A stretch of 59,789 nt of DNA, filler included, from Sphacelaria rigidula (Eukaryota), in the NCBI GenBank assembly GCA_964200075.2. It is 8 parts of 8 records of this genome, joined end to end, with 100 filler letters (N's around TTAATTAATTAA, not from the genome) between each part and the next. Parts side by side here need not be neighbours in the genome. Positions count along the whole stretch, not along the records: positions 44,918 to 52,303 come from CAXNAA020015157.1; positions 52,404 to 59,789 come from CAXNAA020015158.1; 6 more parts are not named here. The stretch is one strand, 5' to 3'. The notes under the pieces were generated by a model. That model saw nothing but the letters and a program-made list of their open reading frames with translations, was not told the origin of the DNA and made no database searches. Shown here one piece after another: positions 50,201 through 59,789 of the stretch. The position numbers were made by a program, and so were the translations under genes. Positions within the stretch are counted from its first letter, which is position 1. Every line of letters begins with the position of its first letter.

Positions 50201-51071
50201 TAAAAACAAATTTAAGCTCTCGAACCAATATATCATCAACACAGACGAGTTGGGTCATGATCCACATATCGTGTTGATCGTCTAACCAAGAGGAAGGTGC
50301 CCATCTGCTTAAAAGTCTGGCCGAATACTTCCTCGTTGATTAAACCCAAGTCTAGTAATTCCTATTCCGCACGGAGATAGCATCCATTCTAAAACCTATG
50401 TGAAACCCCCAACGATGCATTCAGCGGATGATGACGATTTTTGGTGTGGAGATTCCCTGGACCACGGGAAGACGGCAGATACCCTCACCTTCAACTTATT
50501 CGTTATCTCGAGATATGGCGCACATAAAGTTCCAAACAAAAATCAATGTATGACGAGCAGAGGCACTAGATGCCCTAAATCTGGATATCGCGTCTCAGTT
50601 TCTGAGAGCTGTGTTATTAATATGAAATTTCGTATAGAGAACCGCTAGTGGATAACAAAGTAGCTCTTTACCTTTTCTTCATTTTTTTTCGTTTTTTAGG
50701 GGAGTTTCGAGGATAAATGAACAGTGCTCTTGGGCCTTACCTCACTTTTTTGGCTCAATCTTCGGAACTATGATTTAAAACTTGGCATGGAGAACCACAG
50801 AGGTATGCTGAATAAAGAAAATGGGCCTTCATTTTTGGGGGGGGGAGAGGTTCGGGCGTTCTCGTAAAAAATGGTCGTCACCATACTAAAATACCCTAAT
50901 AAACCCAGAGAAAAAAATATAAATACCAACCTGACCCACTTTTTGTTCACTATGCCCAAGCGAAGTCCCACACAAAATTTCAATTACACAGACACCAGAC
51001 GTGGGCCGGTGAGTGGCCTGCAAAATACTGTTACGAATTCCTACCGACGCGGTTACTATTAATACACGCTT

Positions 51072-51590
51072 CATTCGTCGGCCAATATTCGGAGTTGAAC
51101 CCTAAAAATTGGTATGGACCATGAATACGGCAATACGGTATATAATAGTAACAAAAAAGTACCCGTGCACACGAAGACTTTTCCCCCCTGACTCAACCCT
51201 TTGGGAGACGTTGATGGAGAAGTGACAAATTACAATAATCAACGTTTTCTTGGGCAACATACGGTTGTTTTTCTCCAACTGTTGATGCAACCCACCAAAA
51301 CGGTGGATCACTCCGAGTTCAAGTATAATAATGTGACAGACTCGTGCACCGAACTCGAGGTGACGTTTTTCGGTGACGAAAGCTCGCACATGGGAGTTTG
51401 TCCTGTATTTCGCGAGTTCCAAAAGGGTTTTATAGGCGATAACCACTTTTCAGGTATAAATGAAATGCCATTAAATCGTGGAGAAAAACGAAGAAGTATT
51501 TGTGTGCACGGGTAATTTTTCTTCGTGTGCCCTTCTCATTGTCCATACCAAATTTTAGGGCCCAACCCTGAATATATTCGCCGGCGAATG
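51072..51590. mobile_element. MITE with about 110-bp imperfect TIRs
   Basis: CATTCG.CGG...CCCTAAAAATTGGTATGGAC...ACCCGTGCACAC is mirrored at the right end. Confidence 0.75.
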
Positions 51591-52403
51591 GGCCTGCAAC
51601 CTACAAATTCGCCCCCAGGCTGGCCCAACTCGTATACGTCGATGGTTGCCATATCTCCGTTCAATTGAACCGGTTTCGACGCCGGTTGTTGCTGTGCGGG
51701 CTCAAGAATCAGCGTCGTAACACCATTTCAAAACTCCAGCCGCAACGCCTTTGTAACGAGGTATTCAAATAAAAAGTTTACGCTAACTCGGCGCCGATTT
51801 GAGACAAAACAGAGCACATTTTGCTCACGGTGCCACATGCATCCCCCTTTTGCCCGAGAGTACTCGATCTGCCTGGTGTTGAGGTTAGGGTTACGATTAT
51901 GGTTAGAGTGATGGATCGACAAAAACAAAATGTGTTACAACCATGTTTTTTTTGCCGTGTACTCTCCCTCGATTATATATATTTTGCCGTTAGTACGGAA
52001 CAGTATTTCGCGCGACGCGGTTCGTATTTCTTGTAAAAAGAGGTACGGGATGGTCCGCCCGGGCCCCGCCTCTGCAGGCTTCCTTGTTTCAGATTTCCCG
52101 TCCCATAACGTCCCGACGATTTTACTGGGTCCCATTTTCTGTCTCCAGTCTTGCGCGAAAATAAAAACATTACCGGAATGCCCGCATAGAAGAACCATTC
52201 GACAAGCATTAGGATGATATCAGCCGTGAAGTAAACACAGTTCACACGAGAGGCGGGCCCGACACAAGGGAGTACCAGCCCAGCGCGTGGCATCGGTGGC
52301 AAGNNNNNNNNNNNNNNNNNNNNNNNNNNNNNNNNNNNNNNNNNNNNTTAATTAATTAANNNNNNNNNNNNNNNNNNNNNNNNNNNNNNNNNNNNNNNNN
52401 NNN

Positions 52404-52458
52404 CAACTCAACCATCAGAAAGTTACGAGGTTACCAACTGAGCCACCGGGGCGACCGG
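52404..52458 (-). mobile_element. tRNA-derived SINE 5' end, truncated by the contig edge
   Basis: The minus strand reads CCGGTCGCCCCGGTGGCTCAGTTGGTAACC, with a canonical pol III A box. Confidence 0.5.
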
Positions 52459-55116
52459 CTACTTGCAAAGCTCAAAACGCTCTGTTCGCTCAGAGCACGG
52501 CGAGCGCAGGGCAGGAGTGATGTGATACCCGTGGAGACACGGATTGATCTTGTTTCCCCGGAGAAACTGCCCCTCACTACCGTACACAAGTCCCAACGGT
52601 TCAGCGTCGACTACGGCGAGGCCCAAATGGGGACGGGCGATATCACTCTCACGGTGAACAGCTGGTCAGTAAACGAGATATAAAATGATGAGGTAGATCA
52701 CAAGGACTTCGCTGTTTGACGTTGTGTAGCACCTTCCTCCCCGTCGGTGCCAAAGATTTTTTTTTGTGGTGCCTTACTGGTATAGTGAAGGAGGGCGCCG
52801 GTATAGTGCGGTGGTTTGCCAGCCCGGCATGACCGGACTATGCTGACATCCCGCACTACACAGGTGGCGCCGCCACTTAACCCTGTTGGAACCGTTCATG
52901 GAAAAGTGACGATTTACAGACTAACCCATGCGAGCTTGGTGACGTTTTCATTTTCCCGAATCAACCGGATCGAAGCGCCCCCGTGGCCTGACGGCCTGCC
53001 TGTCACGATTAGGGTGGCTACCAGGTCTCTATCCACGAGTAGGCGATTACAGCACGCAGAGAGATGGCCTGCTTTTGTCGCTTGTCACAGCAGAAGGTGC
53101 TGTTTTGTGATCGTAGTCGACACCACTTCCCCCCCTACTGGCAGCCGAGACAGAATACTGCGCTGAGCAAGCATGGCACAGAGCAGGATCGTGCCCGACC
53201 CCTGCAGCGGTCGATCTTGGTGGAAGCATGCTCTTCATGATCAGAAGGGCCCTAGTTCGGACCTCGGCTCCCACGCGACGAAAGGAAAAGAATCCCGAAA
53301 GTCAAGCGGGCAACAAAAGTCGTGACATTGGTTGGGGACAAGAAAAACTGGCAGCTACTACAGCTTGCTGAATCAGCAATAAGAGTCTTCCGCGCAGATT
53401 GTTTGGTTTGTGAACCGCAACACACATAGAACATCTGCAGAGAGAGCACATGCACAAATACCCTCACCGCTAGCCGGCGAAAAAAGTCACCTCTATGGCC
53501 CTCTTTTAGTCAAAAGAAAGTACGAAGAGGGGCCCAGAGGGGGGGCGCACTAGTCTGTTGCTTGCCTTAGTCACTTGACCATTGACCACGCATGCCTTTC
53601 GAGACGGAGCAGCGTACCTACTCCTGATGGAGACACCTACAACATTTGGGTGCTCATTGCAGGTTGGTTCATGATGGACGCCCGAATGTTTTTCTCCAGC
53701 GATTTCCCACGCGATATTTTTGGAGCTGACCCTAAAATTTTCCACACGTGTGGTACGGAACATCAAGCAACTTGTGATGAATGTCTTTATTTTCTCGCCG
53801 GAAATCCGGGGTCCCGCGGGTCCGAGGGCTCATGTTGTCTCCCGGGACCCCGGATTTCTGGCGAAGAAATTGAAAATGAAAACGTGCTCGAGGAGGAAGT
53901 GTCGCAATATCCCGTAGCGCACGTGTGTGAAGTTTCAGGGTCTAACTTGAAGAAGAGAAATCGCGCGCGCGTGCGTTGTAGTATTCAAATGTGCGCGGAA
54001 CCCCGAAGTTCTTGAGTATAGTATGCTACCGCCCTTCTCGTCCGTTCAAGCTTCCATCGAACGCTTGGGATCAGTCATGGCGTTTGGCGTCGAAACTTTG
54101 TTCGCAACTTTTCCGGACTTCCTCGAGACGAATATATTTTGCATTTTGTTAATATGATATTATGTGTACCGGCTTCTTGGGGGATCTTCACACCGGGACC
54201 CCCGAAAGCCAGTAGAGAGCGGATAAGCTCTCCAGTATTATTCAACGTCTTTTATTTTCTTCGGAGCACCCATATCTACCAAATTGCCAAGTTCGAGGAT
54301 GATCGGAGATATTCTACGAAATTCACAAGGGAGAACGTTAAGAGGCTCTCTGCGTCTTCGATGCATAATATCAGTGGAAATCCGACGACGCCACAACGCC
54401 ACATCACAGATGCCACGGTTTGGGGTATAACTCGATCCCATGCAAACCGTTTTCGCATCTGTTTTTTTCCCGTTAGATTCCATCGCTAATGGCGGTTACT
54501 ACGATGTGAAACATGATGAAATTGGGTAAAAGTTGTTTCGGGAACCCCAATTTTGAATTTCCGAACAATTTGAAGGCACCGCATTGGCCGAGAAACATTG
54601 TTCATACTTGCGCCACGGCAAAAGACGCAAGAAAAGTCTGGCTATGCCACACTGTTTGCCTGCTCGTGGGGGTCACTATGATACGAAATATGTATATCGA
54701 GTCAGTTTTGCTTTCTGTGTCCAGTGGGGAATAAAATTTGTGCATTCACCGTGAACAAGCCTCGACGTGTCTTCCATACGTAACACAATAACCTTTTTAT
54801 ATATATGTATTGTCCTCTTTCTTTTTTCGCCGTCTGTGGTCACCATCTATCTCCTAGTGTAGCGATCGCAATCATGTGTTGTATCAAACGATTTCATGTC
54901 GTCTTCGTTAAGTTCCCACATTTCCCCCTCAAAACACGTCCCGGTCCTCCCTTTATAGTTCACGTTCCCCCACTACATGATTTCTTTTCTCCGTGGGTTT
55001 GCCACGGGGGTAATTCTGTGCATCTACTTTCTCCCCCACCCGACTACTGATATACCTCCTTCTTTCTGGAAGGGCACCACTCGAAATCGCACTTCCAACT
55101 TTTCATACCAAAGGAT

Positions 55117-55425
55117 GGGGGGGGTGTACTCATGATCATGCTTGCCATAGTCATCAGACCATTGACCTCGCATCCCTAGCAGTCCGGGACGGAGCACGCC
55201 GGGTTTCTGCTGGGCCAGGCTGGCAGTCATCGAGTGCGAAGCGCCGTGACTTGTTCGCCGTGTCGCATGAAGGCTGAGCTGCATCCTGCCATATTTGGTC
55301 GGCTCGAAGCACACGAACTATCTTGCATTTGGATAACAGGCTCCAATCAGTTACTGCATCATCTTGATGTCGCAACCTCTAGAGACAGCCGCGGATTACA
55401 ATGCTTCATGGGTGTCTCACCGTGC
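55117..55425 (-). repeat. Dispersed repeat family B copy ending in CATGAGTACA-poly-C
   Basis: Reverse-complement match to the 3' part of 2871-3366. Confidence 0.8.
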
Positions 55426-55982
55426 AAACACTGCGAAAGATCCGTAAAAGGCCGATTGAACTACAGGAGACCTTCTGGAAGCCAAAAGGTCCCGGCGTGC
55501 GATCTCTCCGACTACCTTCCCACGTACAGGTGTCTACACAGAGTAGTAACAGCGAGTAAGCCGAAAATTGAACTGTCGCATAAAACAGGAACCAATTCCA
55601 AAATAGATCTACTGTCTGGAGTGCTGTTCAAAGATATTCTTAACAGAGCCTGCGCACCAGAGGCTGAACAACGTCAGATAGGAAGATAAAAAAAAAAGAC
55701 AAGAAAAACAAAGAAAGGAAAAGCCGATGGCAACGAGGAAGGAGAACGGGGAACTATGTTCACCCTTGGGTTCTAGTCAAGTGGCATCTTCATAGTTACA
55801 CAACAGGCAGGGCGTGTCTAGCTGGCGTACACACGACATGGCGCCATCAGCAAAAAACAGAATCTGTTCAGTGTGTCCTATATTCAACCATGAAAACATA
55901 CATTACCTTCTGCGACGTCTGCTCCCTCTTTCTTTGTTCCCGCTCTTTCCTCCGAAACTCTTCTCGCACGCTCACGACACAG

Positions 55983-56074
55983 TACGCTGGAGCAGCAACT
56001 ATTTGTCCCGAACACAGGTGGATTTTGGAAGGGATCGAAGCCGCCGATAGTTACCTCTTCAATCTTCACAAATG
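55983..56074 (+). CDS. Aromatic L-amino-acid (tyrosine/DOPA-type) decarboxylase, PLP-lysine exon (YAGAATICPEHRWILEGIEAADSYLFNLHK)
   Basis: acacag acceptor, gtgagt donor, phase 0/2. Matches the YAG...CPE...ADS..FN.HKW block of group II decarboxylases. Confidence 0.93.
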
Positions 56075-57886
56075 GTGAGTGAATGACGGAGCGACTGGCT
56101 TACTGGATGGGGTGCCCGGATCGATGAGAAACGAGCGGAACGGACGCAGACGCCGGGCAGATCCATATGTTCACCTTAGTTATACTCAATATATGTAAAT
56201 ATATATTTCAAAGCAAGTTACTCTTGGTATTACGCCGATTGGTATCATGCTGTAGTTTTTATTCTCGTGGGTATTAGTTTTCGATCAATCAACTCCAAAG
56301 TTTCAATTTGTCGTATTTACAGTAACCAATGGTTTCCGGTTGTCAAAATTATTATTTTTTTTATGAATTTACCTTACTTCTTGTTTCTTCTTTCACTATT
56401 TTGACAACTTTGATTTTTACTCTACAGTAATTGGCGGTCTAACTATTCAGGGGTGTTTTGGGGCTTTCCTCACGCACTACTCTTCGATAGAACTCGAAAT
56501 TGCTAGCGTCGGTAGATTCTGGTACAATAAACAGATCATCCTCGGAACAGTGCACAGGTCGGTGTTAGTTGGTGTTATCGGGCGATACGAGTAAATACCC
56601 CGCTTATCAAGATGGTGCTATTGACCATGAAACACTGCTTTTCGGCTCTAGTGCAATGAGTAGGTAGAATTAAAAAAAGTAAACCTGTAAATTTCTTGAC
56701 AAATATGATCGGGAAAGACTCGATCGACCGAAAATATCGAAAAGTAAGAATCTGGGCTAAAACGTGGCAGGGCCCCCGATGACCGGTCAGCCCGTAAGTT
56801 ACTCATCATTGAGTACGGATTATTTTTTTTCCTTGGAATGTGGAGCGGATACAAATATTTTCAGATCACCAATGTGATAAGCGGTGGCAAGCGAAAAGAG
56901 TTCAATATAATGGCCAGTTACGAAAAATCACAAAATGCCACAAAAGAAATAGCTAGACCCCCCACTACTGTACGGTGGGCCTTGGGATAAAGTCGCGTTT
57001 TTCTCCCGAGCCCCGAGCGTCCTTGACTTGGACCTCGTGAGACAGACGGATCTAGCTGTGGAGACTGCGGTATAGTAATATTTTGTTCCTACTTCAAGCT
57101 TCCGTCGTTTTAGTTCATATTTTTTTTTCTTTCCGAGCCGTGGACGGCGACCTTGTCCTTAACTTCCGCAGCTTGCGTTGTTACTGATCGACTGCGTCGC
57201 GTCGCGTACCTAGCGTTGCCTCCCTTTGTCGTGTTTGCGTGCTTGTGTATGTGAGAGAGAGAAAGTGTAAGTGTCTCCTTTTTGTTCCGTTTTGACGTCA
57301 CAGTGAGTAAAGCAGTTACATACGTACAGTAGCTCTGCACATTGATCGTTTCGGAAACAAAGCGACACCATTGAAGAAAGGAAACGTCGAACGTGCCAGT
57401 GATCGCTTGTAATCGACTGCAGAAAATACATTATATTAGTATATTTGTGAACCATGAAAGAGAAACGCCTGGGGGGATGTTTCTGGCGAGAAACCTCTGT
57501 CGAAGCTTGTACAATGGGACATGCAGTTGCCCAAAATTATTGAAATATAAAGTGCATACAGTGAATGAGTGGGTACACTTTGCTTGATCGAAGGAATCGT
57601 CGCGTAGTTGTTTCACCTACAGTGTCTTTTTTTTTTTCTCCCTGTCTCGCGTCTCATGTTTTGTCTGTTTCGTGTGTACGCGCCTTCCCCCTCGTATCCC
57701 CCCGCACCCCCGTCATGTTCCTCCGCTTTTTTATTGTTCTCACCGCTGTTATTTTTTCTGTCGCCGGGATATGGGCGGCGTCTCCATGGTCTGCCATAAA
57801 TTACATCGACTACAAAAACAACAACGACAACCGCAAAAACGATGCAACGATCACTATCACAACACTGGAACATGACAACACATTAG

Positions 57887-58025
57887 GCTTTTGGTGAACT
57901 TCGACGCCACCGGCATGTGGGTGAAGCGAAGCGCCGCTCTCGTCGAGGCGCTATCGGTGACCCCCGCGTATCTCATGTCCAAGGAGTATCAGCGGGGTCA
58001 GGTGTCTGACTTCAGGGACTGGCAG
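57887..58025 (+). CDS. Aromatic L-amino-acid decarboxylase, next exon ((W)LLVNFDATGMWVK...TPAYL...VSDFRDWQ)
   Basis: cattag acceptor, gtaggt donor. TG|G restores HKW. WLLVNFD and D.RDWQ are AADC hallmarks. Confidence 0.93.
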
Positions 58026-59014
58026 GTAGGTTTGTGTCATGTTGCAGTGTATCTCATTCTCTAGTGCGTGTGTTTCATGCTCCAGGGTGCGTTATCCTCC
58101 AGTATGTGCGTGAGAGAAAAAGAGAGAGAGAGAATAGACCAAAACGTGTGCGAACTAGGGCTGACGCTGATAAAAGCAGGGCGGCGTGTTCACTGCGCCG
58201 AGTTGAGAGGGGGTTTCGGTGGGTTCAACTCCCACACTGTCTTGAACGAGGCTTTCCGAACGCCCGAGGCGAATGCCGCAAGGTGGTCTAGCCGCACACG
58301 AGCCCATTCGCGGGGTTGGTGATGAGTGAGGTTTCCTCCTTCCTTCAAGGAAGAAACAAAACAATACACGTGTGTTGTGTTTTAAGCCTGATGTGACTGC
58401 TCTATGGTCAGGCTCCATGCATGCAAAACTCATGTACTGTGCGCATTGTATTGATTGCTTGACGAACATGTTTACTGATCCATGACGAAAATCCAGTCGG
58501 AATCACAAGGAAAGACTTACGTATCCCCCAAATCGAGGTCGTCAAGATACTCCCTGACCCAGGAATATGTTTCTTGAGGCGAGAAGGAGCTCTTGTGACG
58601 AGACGACCCCGTGCTTGTCCTGCGCGCAAACAAAACGGAACGGAACGAAATAGAACTGAACAGAGCTGCTGTATGCTGGTTGTATGTACAAATAAAAGAT
58701 GCTTGTGTTTCTGATGACGGCAACAACAGCAACAGCAACAGCAACAACGAAAAACAAATGCTGTGTTTGTGTTTATATGGCGTTGGATCGATTAACCACC
58801 GTGAACACGGCTTGTACGAGCGACCCCCACGTGATCCTCAGGGGGGGGGGTTGGGTTACGTGTGCATCGGTTTGGTGCCAAAATAGCCGAAATATCGTCA
58901 CTACCCAAGGATGTTCGTTCATGGAGGGTGTTGTACTTTGTACAGCACGGGTAACGTACAACGTATTCCATGATACAGCCGGTTTAGACAAGGAGGTGCA
59001 AATTCGAACGTCGG

Positions 59015-59250
59015 CATCATTATTATCATCGCTGTTATTATTACTATGATAATTAGTAGGGTTAGCAGTAGGAGGAGGAGCAATAGCAGTAGTAGTAGTA
59101 GTAGCACTAGTAGTCCTAGTACTAGTACCATGATCATTAATAGGATTGGGAGGAGGAGGAGGAGGAGGAGGAGGAACACTAGTAGCAGCAGTAGTAGTAG
59201 TAGTGGCAGCAGCAGCTGCAGCAGCAGCATTGTCCTCATCCTCATCATCA
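59015..59250. repeat. Compound trinucleotide microsatellite (ATT/AGT/AGG/AGC/ATC)
   Basis: Read directly. Confidence 0.9.
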
Positions 59251-59705
59251 TGTGTTTCCGACGGCGGGTCTAGATGAAAGAGATGATGCTACTAGGTAAA
59301 AAAACGTATCAGTTGCCTTCCGTACTGTTTGCTTAGGCATTGGATTTCATCATCATCCGACTTGACCTGCCCCTGGTTGGTCACACCAATTTTCACTCGT
59401 GTGATGCTTTCAGAATTTCGCAGCAATTACCCTCACCCCTTCAGTTTTTGAGGAACGCTTCACCGTTTTCATTGTCGCCTGATCGATAGAAAATGTGAAA
59501 TCAGGTCCGCCATATACATATATGAGTCAATTGGTTGATTTCTTCGTGCTTCATCCACCACGCGAAATAAAGGCGAAGACCGGAGTTGCTGGAAGCAGAA
59601 AAATACCTCTCCTTGCTCATGATTTTGTTATTTCTTCCCGTCACACTTTCTACACCCCTTCCTCCCTCAAGAGGGGTCTGTAGTCTTGTGCGGATCAACT
59701 TATCT

Positions 59706-59781
59706 CCCCCCCCCCCCACCCCCCCCCCCCCCCCCCCCTCCCCCCCCCCCCCATCGCCTCCCCCCCTCCCCACCCCCCCCC
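59706..59781. repeat. Poly-C tract at the contig end (others at 37258-37287 and 43625-43651)
   Basis: Read directly. Confidence 0.9.
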
Positions 59782-59789
59782 TGTCGTTC

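Noticed and set aside
49557-50648. Protein-like fragments in contig 7
   Set aside because: They are interrupted by stops and a small repeat, with no assignable domain.
52514-52683. Open frame SDVIPVETRIDLV...SVNEI* as a terminal exon
   Set aside because: Weak acceptor, adjacent to a SINE end, and unrelated to the AADC sequence.
1191-58025. Functional gene cluster (RNR, receptor, AADC, DGAT2)
   Set aside because: The genes are on separate contigs joined artificially.
58919-59273. Poly-Leu and poly-Ser/Arg ORFs
   Set aside because: They are translations of a compound microsatellite.

Overview
The window is not one locus. It is eight unrelated contigs of 7,386-7,387 bp (1-7387, 7488-14873, 14974-22359, 22460-29845, 29946-37331, 37432-44817, 44918-52303, 52404-59789), joined by artificial 100-nt linkers (N44-TTAATTAATTAA-N44). 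The DNA is eukaryotic, with short exons in kb-scale introns and dense repeats. It looks like a brown alga (Phaeophyceae) or a related stramenopile; this is an inference. Almost all six-frame ORFs are spurious. Manual splicing recovers five partial genes: a DGAT2/MOGAT-type acyltransferase (contig 1, minus), an intron-containing class II (adenosylcobalamin-dependent, monomeric-type) ribonucleotide reductase (contig 2, plus), a periplasmic-binding/ANF-receptor-like exon (contig 5, minus), SF3B6/p14 (contig 6, plus) and an aromatic L-amino-acid decarboxylase (contig 8, plus). The rest is decayed Ty1/copia sequence and several MITE families (hAT-like, PIF/Harbinger-like, CACTA-like and telomere-repeat-bearing). 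It also holds a very abundant poly-C-terminated repeat module, tRNA-SINE remnants and tandem arrays, including a 29-bp palindromic-core higher-order array. No CRISPR, rRNA or intact tRNA gene is supported. No multi-gene system can be inferred across the linkers.
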